Positions 27,891 through 37,525 of a DNA stretch of 64,000 nt are shown here, in pieces. Source of the stretch: Alphaproteobacteria bacterium. Lineage in GTDB: Bacteria > Pseudomonadota > Alphaproteobacteria > GCA-2731375. The DNA lies in assembly GCA_965232515.1 (NCBI GenBank), contig CBDDPY010000002.1, positions 6,080,001 to 6,144,000 of the forward strand. The letters run 5' to 3'. The notes under the pieces are model-generated. The model was not told the origin of the DNA. It worked only from the letters and a program-made list of their open reading frames with translations, and made no database searches. The translations under genes and the position numbers were made by a program. Each line of letters begins with the position of its first letter. Position 1 is the first letter of the stretch.

Positions 27891-28896
27891 TGGTCAGCGG
27901 CACCCGGCCTTCGAGTGGATACGCAGGGTCATTGTAGCCGGGTGTCGAGGGATGACCGGCGGTGACCAGCTCGTCGACCAGCGCTTCGTCCTCGGCTGTG
28001 AATGCATAGTCGAGCGCGCCGACATAGTCGTCCCAGTGCGCTTCGGTGCGCGGGCCGACGATCGGCGCCGTAACGAGCGCATTGTTCAACACCCAGCAGA
28101 CGGCGAACTGGCCGGGCGTGACGCCACGGGCTTCGGCATGCTTGGCAATGGTCTGGGCGATCTCTAGCGATTCCTTGCGCCATTCGGTCTGCATCATGCG
28201 GGTGTCGCTACGGCCGGCGCGGGTGTCGTCGGGCGGCGGCGCGTCGGGATCGTATTTGCCGGTCAGCACGCCGCGCGCCAGCGGGCTGTAGGGCACGACG
28301 CCGAGGCCGTAGTAGGCGCAGGCCGGTAGCTGCTCGACCTCGGGCATGCGGTTCATGGCGTTGTAGTAGGGCTGACTGACCACCGGCCGGTCGATGCCCA
28401 ACCGGTCGCAGATGTTGCAGATCTCGGCGATGCGCCAGGAGCGGTAGTTGGAGACGCCGAAATAGCGGATCTTGCCCTGGCGGATCAGCTCGGCGAGCGC
28501 GCCGACGGTCTCCTCCAGCGGCGTGTCATGGTCTTCCTTATGCAGGTAGTAGATGTCGATATAGTCGGTGCCGAGCCGGCGCAAGCTGGCGTCACAGGCC
28601 TCGATCACCCATTTGCGCGACAGGCCGCCCTGATTGGGGCCATCGCCCATGGCGTTCGCCAGCTTGGTCGCCAGCACCCACCAGTCCCGTTGGTTGCCGA
28701 TCGCCCGGCCGGTAACTTCCTCCGAGCCGCCGCGGCTGTAGGCGTCGGCCGTGTCGATGAAGTTCACGCCGGCGTCGCGCGCCCTGGCGATGATGCGGCC
28801 ACTGGTCGGCTCGTCGGTCTGGCCGCCGAACATCATCGTGCCGAGGCAGAGCGGCGAGACCTTCAGCCCGCTGGCGCCGAGTTTGCGATACTCCAT
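27883..28896 (-). CDS. Aldo/keto reductase
   Basis: LGASGLKVSPLCLGTM, FIDTADAY, SLRRLGTDYIDIYYLH, YSPLARG. Confidence 0.93.
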   Translation of the reverse strand: MEYRKLGASGLKVSPLCLGTMMFGGQTDEPTSGRIIARARDAGVNFIDTADAYSRGGSEEVTGRAIGNQRDWWVLATKLANAMGDGPNQGGLSRKWVIEACDASLRRLGTDYIDIYYLHKEDHDTPLEETVGALAELIRQGKIRYFGVSNYRSWRIAEICNICDRLGIDRPVVSQPYYNAMNRMPEVEQLPACAYYGLGVVPYSPLARGVLTGKYDPDAPPPDDTRAGRSDTRMMQTEWRKESLEIAQTIAKHAEARGVTPGQFAVCWVLNNALVTAPIVGPRTEAHWDDYVGALDYAFTAEDEALVDELVTAGHPSTPGYNDPAYPLEGRVPLTND

Positions 28897-28945
28897 CCGT
28901 AATTCCTCCCTGACTTCGCCGCACAGCTTATACCAACGGCCAGGG

Positions 28946-30265
28946 CTAGAAATAGCTCGTGAACCCCAAGGCGGTTGGCAGCCAGAGGATGAGTTGTGGG
29001 AACAGGATCAGGAGCGCCAGGCGGAACAGGTCGGCCAGCAGAAACGGCACGATGCCGCGGAAGATGGTGCCGAGCGGCACCTGCGGCGCCATGCCGTGCA
29101 GCACGAAGACGTTCAGGCCGATCGGCGGCGTGATCATGCCGACCTCGATCAGCACGATCATCACCAGACCCCACCAGATCGGATCGTAGCCAAGGCCGAT
29201 GATCAGCGGGTAGACGAAGGGCAGTGTGATGACCATGCCGGCCGTTGTGTCGAAGACGCTGCCGAGGATGATGAACATCACCGCCAGGATGCCGATCACC
29301 ACGATGCCCGGCAGGTTCTGGGACTGGATCCACCCGACCAGCTCGCCCGGCGCGCCCGAGATGGTGACGAAATAGGACATGGTCGAGGCGCCGATGATGA
29401 TCAGGAAGATCATGCCGGTGGTGCCGGCGGTATCGCCTAGCACCTCGGTCAGCGTCTTGGCGCTGGTATGGCCGCCGAACAGGTAGAACAGGAAGGCCAG
29501 TCCGGCGCCGACGGCGGCGGCCTCCGACACCGTGAAGATGCCGCCATAGATGCCGCCGCTGACCGCGAAGGCCAGCGCGACGACGCGCCAGCTCTGGCGC
29601 GTGGCGGTGGCGCGCTGGCGCCATGCCGTCCGTTCCGCGGCCGGGCCGGCTTCCGGATTGATGCGCACATAGACCGAGATGGCGACCATGTAGACGGCGA
29701 CCGTCAGCACGCCCGGTACGATGGCGCCGGCGAACATCGCCAGCACCGACTGTTCGGTCAGCACGGCATAGAGCACCATCAGGATCGACGGTGGGATCAG
29801 CATGCCGAGCGAGCCGCCGCCGGCGATCGAGCCGGTCGCCAGCTGCGCGCTGTAGCGGCGCTGCAGCATCTCGGGCAGGGCGACGCGGGTCATCGTGGCC
29901 GCGGTGGCGATGGACGAGCCGCTGACCGCGCCGAAGCCGGCGCAGGCGCCGATGGTCGCCAGCGCCAGGCCGCCGCGGAAATGGCCGATAAAGGCCTGGG
30001 CCAATCGGTAGATATCGGTCGACATGCCGCTCGCCGTGGCGAAACCGCCCATCAGCAGGAACAGCGGAATCACGGCCAGTTCCAGGCTCGACAGCGCGCT
30101 GGTGGCCTCGGTCTTCAGGATGCTGAAGGCGAGGCCCATGTCGCCTTCCAGCAGGCCGAAGCAGATCAGACCGGTCGCCGTCATGGCGACGCCGACCGGC
30201 ACGTGGAGCGCAATCAGCGCGAACATGCCGACCAGCCCCAGGACGACGATCAGGATCGGATCCAT
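28946..30265 (-). CDS. dctM: TRAP transporter large permease
   Basis: GFGAVSGSSIATAA, LIPPSI, GMITPPIGLN. Confidence 0.93.
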   Translation of the reverse strand: MDPILIVVLGLVGMFALIALHVPVGVAMTATGLICFGLLEGDMGLAFSILKTEATSALSSLELAVIPLFLLMGGFATASGMSTDIYRLAQAFIGHFRGGLALATIGACAGFGAVSGSSIATAATMTRVALPEMLQRRYSAQLATGSIAGGGSLGMLIPPSILMVLYAVLTEQSVLAMFAGAIVPGVLTVAVYMVAISVYVRINPEAGPAAERTAWRQRATATRQSWRVVALAFAVSGGIYGGIFTVSEAAAVGAGLAFLFYLFGGHTSAKTLTEVLGDTAGTTGMIFLIIIGASTMSYFVTISGAPGELVGWIQSQNLPGIVVIGILAVMFIILGSVFDTTAGMVITLPFVYPLIIGLGYDPIWWGLVMIVLIEVGMITPPIGLNVFVLHGMAPQVPLGTIFRGIVPFLLADLFRLALLILFPQLILWLPTALGFTSYF

Positions 30266-30299
30266 CAGACCGGCGCCTGGCCGATATTGCGGTCCGTCA

Positions 30300-30833
30300 T
30301 CAAAGGATCGACGCCTTCTCGCCGCCGTCGTTCAGCGACCGGCCCGACACGGCGGCCGCGATCTGGGCCAGCAGCACCAGTGCCTGCACGACCGCCGCTG
30401 CGGATGACAGCACGGCGGCCGCCCACCAGGTCGGCTGTAACGGCAGCGCGATGATGAAGGTGACCTGATTGCCGACCTCGCTGGCATGGATCATCAGCTG
30501 CCAGGCCACCGCGGCGATGAACACGAAGGTCAGGCTGTGGCCGAAGACCTCGAGCCAGGCCGCGGCGCGGGGTCCGAGCGCCTTGCCTACGAAGCGCACC
30601 GTAATGTTGGTGCGCAAGCCGAAGCTGGAGACGAAGCAGGCGGCGATGGCGACCGTAATCGTCAGGATGACGATGTCCTCGAGACCGTGGATCGGGCTCA
30701 GGAACAGCCAGCGCAGCAGCACGTCGAGCATGATCGCGAGCGAGATCAGCAGCAAGACGCACACCGCCAGCCAGGCGATGATGCGGCTTGCCTGCATAAC
30801 CTGCCGGTTCAGGCGGAACAGCGCCTCGGTCAT
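30300..30833 (-). CDS. dctQ: TRAP transporter small permease
   Basis: 4 TM segments, DVLLRWLFLSPIHG; lies between dctP and dctM. Confidence 0.88.
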   Translation of the reverse strand: MTEALFRLNRQVMQASRIIAWLAVCVLLLISLAIMLDVLLRWLFLSPIHGLEDIVILTITVAIAACFVSSFGLRTNITVRFVGKALGPRAAAWLEVFGHSLTFVFIAAVAWQLMIHASEVGNQVTFIIALPLQPTWWAAAVLSSAAAVVQALVLLAQIAAAVSGRSLNDGGEKASIL

Positions 30834-30851
30834 GGCGACGCGACCGTGGGG

Positions 30852-31862
30852 CTACTGGCTGGCGCGGACCTTGGCCAGTTCCTCTTCCATGGCGGCGAAC
30901 AGCGCCGGTCCGTTCGGATGCTTCGTCTTCCAGTCGTCGATGATCGGCGTCAGCCGTTCTTCCCAGCGACCACGTTCATCCGCCGACAGTTCGACGGTGG
31001 TGTTGCGTCCCGACGCGGCCGCGGCGTCGCGGGCCTGATCGCCCACGATGTTGTAGTTCTTGGCCATGCGCTCGGCGATCCAATCACCGGAATACTTGTC
31101 GATCACGGCCTGCAGGTTGGCCGGCAGCGAGTCGTACTTCTTCTTGTTCATGCCGACCATCAGCGGCGTGAAGCCCTGCGGGACGTTGACGTGATGGGTG
31201 ACCGTCGGGGTCACGCGGAACGTATTCATCGACTCCCAGCCAAGCAGCGTGCCGTCGATGACCCCGCGGCTCAGCGACTCGGCCGTTTGCGTGACCGGAA
31301 TGCCGCCGACCGGCGTGCCGCCCAGGGCCTCGATGATCTGCGACTGGATGCCCGTGGCGACGCGGATCTTCCTGCCCTTCAGGTCGTCGAGCGAGGCGTA
31401 GTCGAAGTTCATATGCGTGTTGTAGGCCGACGTCGTGCCGAGCCCGAGCACGTGCACCTTGTCATAGCCCCTGAGCAGGCCGCGCTCGTAGAGCCGCTGG
31501 TGTACCAGCGAGGCTTCGAGCGTCGATTCCATGACCAGCGGCAGCTCCATCAGCGAGTTGTCGGGAAACTCGCCGGGCGTGTAGCTCTGCACGATGAACG
31601 AGATGTCGGTGACCCCGTCCATCAGCAACTGCAGTTGCGCGCGCGGGTTGCGGCCCAGCGAGCCGCCGGGAAAGATCTGGATGACGACCTGCCCGTCGGT
31701 CTCCTCCTTGATCTTCTCCGCCATGGGAACGAACAGATTGCTGTGCGTCAGTGACTGCACCGGCAGAAAGTGTCCGAACTTCAGGCGATAGACCTTGTCG
31801 GCGAGCGCCGGGCCGGTCATCAGACCGGTCGCGACGGCGGCAAGAACGAGTTGCTTCAACAT
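30852..31862 (-). CDS. dctP: TRAP transporter substrate-binding protein
   Basis: Signal peptide, IFPGGSLG, DLKGRKIRV, SLSRGVIDG. Confidence 0.92.
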   Translation of the reverse strand: MLKQLVLAAVATGLMTGPALADKVYRLKFGHFLPVQSLTHSNLFVPMAEKIKEETDGQVVIQIFPGGSLGRNPRAQLQLLMDGVTDISFIVQSYTPGEFPDNSLMELPLVMESTLEASLVHQRLYERGLLRGYDKVHVLGLGTTSAYNTHMNFDYASLDDLKGRKIRVATGIQSQIIEALGGTPVGGIPVTQTAESLSRGVIDGTLLGWESMNTFRVTPTVTHHVNVPQGFTPLMVGMNKKKYDSLPANLQAVIDKYSGDWIAERMAKNYNIVGDQARDAAAASGRNTTVELSADERGRWEERLTPIIDDWKTKHPNGPALFAAMEEELAKVRASQ

Positions 31863-32007
31863 TGGCGACCTCCCAAGACGTGAAAGCGCCGGCTGTCGGC
31901 CGGCGCGGCGCTGAACATAGCGCCGGATTCACCCGGTCCGGGCGAATTAGCGTTTCTGGTTGGGAGTTAAACGCCCCGTGACGCCGACGCAAGCGGTTTT
32001 GATCGTG

Positions 32008-32442
32008 CTACTCGACCCGGGTCCAGATCTGGGATTTGCAGAAGATCAGCACGCAACCCTCGACCTTCAACGTCTTGTCGTCCTGCAGGCTCATCTTCGA
32101 TTTGTAGGTCTTGCCGTCTTCCGGATTGTAGATCCGGCCTCCGGACCAGCTGGCGCCGTCCGACGTCTCGAAGCCCGACAGAAGGCGCAGGCCGACGATG
32201 GTCCTGTCACGCTGGGTTTCGTCTTCGTTGAAGATATCGCGCTTCGGCACGCCTTGATCGTCGTTGGGCTCTTTCAGCCAGACGATGACGCCGCACAGGC
32301 GTTCGCCGCACGGTTCGATCCGGACATGCGATTTCTCCTTCTCCGTGGCCCAAAGCCCCGCGGCACCGGCCGCCATCGCGGGTGAGATCATCGTCAGGGA
32401 CACGGCGAGGGCGACAAGAAGATAGCGAAAAGCGATCAACAC
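32008..32442 (-). CDS. DUF2147 exported protein
   Basis: GLWAT, CG..LCGVIVW, WSGGRIYNPEDGKTY, GCVLIFCKSQIWTR. Confidence 0.9.
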   Translation of the reverse strand: MLIAFRYLLVALAVSLTMISPAMAAGAAGLWATEKEKSHVRIEPCGERLCGVIVWLKEPNDDQGVPKRDIFNEDETQRDRTIVGLRLLSGFETSDGASWSGGRIYNPEDGKTYKSKMSLQDDKTLKVEGCVLIFCKSQIWTRVE

Positions 32443-32495
32443 GGCCTCCGTTGCCTATCGAACACCACGGATATATAGGGCGCGATGCCGGAGAA

Positions 32496-33215
32496 TCAGC
32501 CGCCGTTGCACCGTTGATATGTTTCGACCCGGTTCATCAGCCGGTGCATGGGACCGTCGGCGATGCCGAGCTCGTCCAGGTGCAGCACCAGATTGTGCAG
32601 ATAGTCGGCGCAACGGCCGAGCTGGCCTTCCGCCGTGGCTAGCGCCTTGACGGTCTCGTCCTCGGGCATGTCGGCGACATAGCGCTCGTGCTGGCGATTG
32701 ATCACGAAGGTGACCGCGCGGATCGGCCCCTTGTCGGTGTGCACCGTCACCCATTCGGCCCGATACGCGCCGCTCAGCATCTCGCGGCGCCAGACGATCT
32801 GAGTTTCGCTCTCGACGTGATCGGAATCGATCCGGAGCGCGAGACCACGACAGCTGCCGCCGGGCTCCATCCCCAGCATCAGGCCGGGCTGTTCCGGCGA
32901 GCCGCGGCCGATCGGCGTCGACAGGCAAAAGCTGCGGTGATAGCCGTAGATCAAGCCCGGCACGCGATCGGCGACATGGCAGGCCGGGTTCCACATCAGC
33001 GAGCCGTAGGCGAAAATCCAGACGTCCTCGTCCGGACCGATATCGCTCAGCACGTCGCGGCGGATCGCCTCGCGCTCTTCGGCCTCCATGACGATGAAAG
33101 CGCCGATCCGGTGGGCCTCCTGGCGGATCTGGGCGACACGTTCCTCGGTGATATCCTCGCGCCGCAGGCCGTCGTTGACGATGCCCCGAAGTTTCAACCG
33201 CAAATCCTCAACCAA
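32496..33215 (-). CDS. chaC: ChaC-like glutathione-specific gamma-glutamylcyclotransferase
   Basis: VWIFAYGSLMWNP, GRGSPEQPGL, VWRREM, GRCADYL; start uncertain (TTG 33215 or 33197). Confidence 0.87.
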   Translation of the reverse strand: MVEDLRLKLRGIVNDGLRREDITEERVAQIRQEAHRIGAFIVMEAEEREAIRRDVLSDIGPDEDVWIFAYGSLMWNPACHVADRVPGLIYGYHRSFCLSTPIGRGSPEQPGLMLGMEPGGSCRGLALRIDSDHVESETQIVWRREMLSGAYRAEWVTVHTDKGPIRAVTFVINRQHERYVADMPEDETVKALATAEGQLGRCADYLHNLVLHLDELGIADGPMHRLMNRVETYQRCNGG

Positions 33216-33338
33216 AATCGACCGCGCCCGTCTTGACGAATGGGGCCCGTCGAAAAATGCATGCCAATGCCGGAGCGGCCCGTAGTATCTCTTCTCACCT
33301 TACCTATACCCGGCAAAGGCGACAGAGCAAGCGCTGTG

Positions 33339-33920
33339 ATGAAAATTGAGGCAGTTGAGTTGAACGGCGAAGGATTGACGCTGGAGCCGTTCGCACGATC
33401 GCACTACGAGGGGCTGGCGGCGATCGTCGATGACCCGAAAATCTGGCCCTATATGGGCATGGATGCCTCGGGCGGTAGCTATGACGCCTGGTTCGCCGCC
33501 GCCGAGGCGACCACGGCAAACGGCAGCGACGCCCATTTCGTGGTCCGCCGAAATGCCGACGGCCGGCTGGTCGGCAGCAGCCGGTACCTGAACATCTTTC
33601 CCGAGCACAAGCGACTGGAGATCGGCAGTACCTGGTACGCGCCGGACGCCTGGGGCAGCAAGGTCAATCCGGAATGCAAGCTGCTGATGATCCGCCATGC
33701 TTTCGAGACGCTTGAACTGAACCGGGTCGAGTTCCGCTGCGATGCCCGCAACGAACGCTCACGCGCGGCGCTGCACAAGCTGGGCGCGGTCGAGGAGGGC
33801 GTGCTGCGCAAGCACATGATCGTGCAGCACGGCTATGTCCGCGACAGCGTCCAGTTCGGCATCATCCGCGAAGACTGGCCGGGCGTGAAGGCCGGCCTGG
33901 AGGCGCGGCTGGCCGCCTGA
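33339..33920 (+). CDS. GNAT N-acetyltransferase (RimJ/RimL-like)
   Basis: LEIGSTWY, AFETLELNRVEFRCDARNERSRAA, EGVLRKH. Confidence 0.9.
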   Translation: MKIEAVELNGEGLTLEPFARSHYEGLAAIVDDPKIWPYMGMDASGGSYDAWFAAAEATTANGSDAHFVVRRNADGRLVGSSRYLNIFPEHKRLEIGSTWYAPDAWGSKVNPECKLLMIRHAFETLELNRVEFRCDARNERSRAALHKLGAVEEGVLRKHMIVQHGYVRDSVQFGIIREDWPGVKAGLEARLAA

Positions 33921-33925
33921 TCTTT

Positions 33926-34615
33926 CTATTCGGCGACCGGCAGGCCGCCGGTGCAGACGTAGAGCAGACAGCCCTCGTCCGACCAGGCCCTGTGCCCGCT
34001 GCCGACGGGGCAGCGCACCCAGGTGCCCTTGGCATAGGTGCCGTTTTCGTCGCTGACAGATCCTGCCAGCACGAAGGCCTCTTCGCCGCCGGGATGCGGA
34101 TGGTGCGGCACGCGTGCGCCGGGTGCGAACCGGACCAGCCGGATCGTCTCCGGAAACCCCGACTGGCTATAGAGCAGCTTGACCTCCAACCCGTCGACCG
34201 ACCCCGGTGACCAGTCCATGCCGGCGCTCTCGGTCGCCGTGGTCTGGCGTTCGAGGCCGGCATACTGCCGCAGCTTCACGAACAGCGTGCAGCCGTCGTC
34301 CGACCAGGGCGCATGGCCGTGGCCTTCCGGGTTCAACAGATGGCTGCCGGGCGGGTAGACGCCATGCTCGTCGGCCCACGTGCCTTCCAGCACGAGGATC
34401 TCTTCGCCCTCCGGATGGCCGTGATAGGGAAACTGCGCGCCCGCGTCGAAACGCACGATCGAGGTCACGCGACCCGCCTCGGGCGGCCCGACATGGTCGA
34501 GCCGCTTGCGCCAGATGCCGGCGGCCGGGCTGGCGACCCAGTCCATGGCGGCCGAGTCCACGACCGCGCGGCCGAAATGGCCCCGATCGATGGCCAACGC
34601 CTGTGATGACGACAT
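33926..34615 (-). CDS. ChrR-like tandem cupin protein
   Basis: WVASPAAGIWRKRL, TSIVRF, two HxHxxGEE cupin motifs. Confidence 0.88.
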   Translation of the reverse strand: MSSSQALAIDRGHFGRAVVDSAAMDWVASPAAGIWRKRLDHVGPPEAGRVTSIVRFDAGAQFPYHGHPEGEEILVLEGTWADEHGVYPPGSHLLNPEGHGHAPWSDDGCTLFVKLRQYAGLERQTTATESAGMDWSPGSVDGLEVKLLYSQSGFPETIRLVRFAPGARVPHHPHPGGEEAFVLAGSVSDENGTYAKGTWVRCPVGSGHRAWSDEGCLLYVCTGGLPVAE

Positions 34616-34618
34616 GCG

Positions 34619-35440
34619 TTAGCTGCCGGCTTTCGCCGCGTCCCAGTACTGGTTGTTGAGGTAACCGATCATGCTGTCGTGCTGGCCCTCGAGGCACTTG
34701 CGCATGCTTTTCGCCAGGCCGTAGCTGGCGCCATGGTCGCAGTGGAACCAGGCGAAGCGCAGCGACTCGACCGTGTTCGGCGTCAGCGTCGCGTAGCGCG
34801 GATCCGATACCGTCATCCGCCACAACGATTGCCGGGTGGCCGCATCGACGCGGCCCCGCGTCGGCAGCGCGTTGATCATCTGGCTGGCGAGGCGCGCCGC
34901 GACGACGCGATCGCCCTCGGAATCGACCAGCGTGTCGCCGAGCGCCCGCAGCGGGCCGGTGGCGAGGTCGAGCTCCAGCTCGTCTTGCGGGTTATCGTCG
35001 CCCGGCATCGGTTCCGGGATTAGCGCGACGTTCTGGCCGACCGATACCGATACCTTGGCGAGCTCCAGATCCCGTACGACGTCGCCGGCGACCGCGACGC
35101 GGACCGCGACGTGCGTGCGCAGCGCGGTAATGGTCAGGTCCTTCGCCGGGTCCAGCATCACGGTGCGGCCGTCATGCGTGGTGCCGGTCGCCCGCAGGTC
35201 CGCGTCCGCCGTCGTCAGATAGCGGGTGCCGTGCACCGGCGAGCGGCGGTCCGGCTGCAGGCAATAGGCCGAGAACTCGGCCCAACACTCGCCGCCCGCA
35301 CAGTTCAGCTCGACCGGCTGGCTGTCCGCGACCAGCGCCAGCACCTGCGGCGCCGCTTCCGCCGGCGTGGCGGCGACGTTCAACGCCATCGCGCCGGCCG
35401 CGATGATCGAAAGCCCCAATGTCTTGAATTCGGTCCGCAT
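34619..35440 (-). CDS. Exported Cys-containing hypothetical protein
   Basis: Signal peptide (..TPAEA), CAGGEC..SAYCLQP and CDHG..KCL; GAGGGG RBS before ATG 35440. Confidence 0.7.
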   Translation of the reverse strand: MRTEFKTLGLSIIAAGAMALNVAATPAEAAPQVLALVADSQPVELNCAGGECWAEFSAYCLQPDRRSPVHGTRYLTTADADLRATGTTHDGRTVMLDPAKDLTITALRTHVAVRVAVAGDVVRDLELAKVSVSVGQNVALIPEPMPGDDNPQDELELDLATGPLRALGDTLVDSEGDRVVAARLASQMINALPTRGRVDAATRQSLWRMTVSDPRYATLTPNTVESLRFAWFHCDHGASYGLAKSMRKCLEGQHDSMIGYLNNQYWDAAKAGS

Positions 35441-35595
35441 GCGTGTCCCCTCGGCAGAATGGCGCTCGCTCACGCGGACCCGGGGCGGATGGCCGCCGCG
35501 GGCTCGGCCCGCGTGCACGTGAAAAGCGTTCCACGTCGCCGCGCCGGGGTCAATGCCACATGGCGCGATTGTGACCGCGGCGTGCGTGTCGTCGG

Positions 35596-37023
35596 TCAGG
35601 CCAACGGCGGGCGGCGATCGAACCAGGGCTGCGCCTGCTCGATCTGGCTGGCCATGCGCAGCAGCAGCGCCTCGTTGCCGAAGTCGGCGCCAAGCTGCAC
35701 GCCGACCGGCAGGCCGTCGTCGGTCCAGTGCAGCGGTAGCGAGCAGGCCGGCTGGCCGGTGATGTTGAACAATGGCGTGAACGGCAGCCGCCGGAACAAC
35801 GCGTCGAAATAATCCTCGGGCGCGGCCATCATGTCGACGGTGCCCAGCGGCAGCGGCGGATTGGCGAGCGTTGGCGACAGCAACAAATCGTAGTTTGCGA
35901 AAAAGCCACCAATCCGCCGGCCCGTCGCGTGCAGCACCTGGATGGCACGCGCATAGTCCGCGGCCGAGAAACCGCGCGCCTGCTCGGCCAGGTACCAGGT
36001 GGCACGCTCGACATCGTCCTCGCGCGGTTCCCGGCCGAGCGCGGCACAGCGCGTGTCGATGACGTGCCGCATGTTGCCGCCGATAATGATCTGCACGGCA
36101 TCATTGATGGCCGCAATGTCGACATCGATGGCGGTGGGCTCGACATGGTGGCCCAGGTCCTCGCAGAGCTTCGCCGTCGCCTCCGCGCCTGCCACGCAGA
36201 CCGGATCGACGTCGTGGCCGCTGGGCGCGGCGGTGATCAGTCCGATCCGCAGCCGGCCCGGATCGGCGCCGACCTCGTCGCTGAACGGCCGCGCCGGCGG
36301 CGGCGCGCAATAGGGATCGCCGGGCGCAGGGCCGTGCGTCGCGTCGAGCAGGGCGGCGCTGTCGCGCACGCTGCGGGTAACCGCATGGCCGACACCCATA
36401 CCGCTCCAACCCTCGCCGACATCGGGGCCGGACGGGTTGCGCGCCCGCGTCGGCTTCAGGCCGAACAGGCCGCAGTTCGCGGCCGGGATGCGGATCGAGC
36501 CACCGCCGTCGGTGGCGTGCGCCGCCGGCAGCATGCCGGCCGCCACGGCCGCCGCGGCGCCGCCGCTGGAGCCGCCGGGGCTGTGTTCGGTGTTCCAGGG
36601 ATTGCGGGTGGCGCCGTGCAGCACCGGCTCGGTGAAGAAGTTGTAGCCGAACTCCGGCGAATTGGTCTTGCCCATGATCACCAGGCCGGCGGCGCGCAGG
36701 CGTTCGGTCAGCGTGCTGTCGTGGTCGGCGACGAAGTCGGCGAACAGGCGGCTGCCGTTGGTGGTCGGCGCGCCGGTGTAGAGGACATAGAGGTCCTTCA
36801 GCATGTAGGGCACGCCCGACAGCGGACCCGCCGGCAGGCCGGCGTCGATGCTGGCCCGCGCCGTGTCGTGCATCTTGTGGACAACAGCGTTCAGCGCCGG
36901 GTTGCGGGCGTCCACCCGCTCGATGGCCGCGTCCAGCACCTCGGTCGCGCCGACCTCGCCGCGGCGGATCAGATCGGCCAACCCAAGCGCATCGTAGTTT
37001 TCGTATTCCTGGAACCCGGTCAT
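35596..37023 (-). CDS. Amidase signature family enzyme
   Basis: [40 protein letters not shown]; start [14 protein letters not shown]. Confidence 0.93.
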   Translation of the reverse strand: MTGFQEYENYDALGLADLIRRGEVGATEVLDAAIERVDARNPALNAVVHKMHDTARASIDAGLPAGPLSGVPYMLKDLYVLYTGAPTTNGSRLFADFVADHDSTLTERLRAAGLVIMGKTNSPEFGYNFFTEPVLHGATRNPWNTEHSPGGSSGGAAAAVAAGMLPAAHATDGGGSIRIPAANCGLFGLKPTRARNPSGPDVGEGWSGMGVGHAVTRSVRDSAALLDATHGPAPGDPYCAPPPARPFSDEVGADPGRLRIGLITAAPSGHDVDPVCVAGAEATAKLCEDLGHHVEPTAIDVDIAAINDAVQIIIGGNMRHVIDTRCAALGREPREDDVERATWYLAEQARGFSAADYARAIQVLHATGRRIGGFFANYDLLLSPTLANPPLPLGTVDMMAAPEDYFDALFRRLPFTPLFNITGQPACSLPLHWTDDGLPVGVQLGADFGNEALLLRMASQIEQAQPWFDRRPPLA

Positions 37024-37105
37024 CTCGGCATGCCCCCTATGGCGAACGGTGTAGGAACAGCCTAGGTTTGTTGCCAGCATGCGCGCAAGCGAGGTGTGTA
37101 AGATC

Positions 37106-37525
37106 ATGCAGCAGCAACACCATTGTCTCGTCATCGAGCCGCCGCGGCAGGGGCTGCACGACATCACGGCCGAGATCGCCGAATGGCTGACCGAACAGGC
37201 GGTCGGCGATGGCCTGCTCACGGTGTTCATCCGACATACCTCGGCCTCGCTGTTGATCCAGGAGAACTGGGACGACGACGTGCAGGCCGATCTCGAGGCT
37301 TTCTTCATGAAGCTGGTGCCGGAGGAGTCCACGCTCTACCGCCACATCGCCGAGGGCGACGACGACATGCCGGCGCATATCAAGGGCGCGTTGACGCAGA
37401 CCCATCTGAATATACCGGTGCGTGGGCGTCAGCTACGGATCGGCCGCTATCAGGGAATCTATCTGTTCGAGCACCGCCGCAGACCCCGGCCACGGGAGCT
37501 CGACCTGCACCTGATCGGCGACTAG
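37106..37525 (+). CDS. yjbQ: YjbQ/UPF0047 family protein
   Basis: FIRHTSASLLIQEN, EGDDDMPAHIK, G.YQGIYLFEHR. Confidence 0.92.
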   Translation: MQQQHHCLVIEPPRQGLHDITAEIAEWLTEQAVGDGLLTVFIRHTSASLLIQENWDDDVQADLEAFFMKLVPEESTLYRHIAEGDDDMPAHIKGALTQTHLNIPVRGRQLRIGRYQGIYLFEHRRRPRPRELDLHLIGD

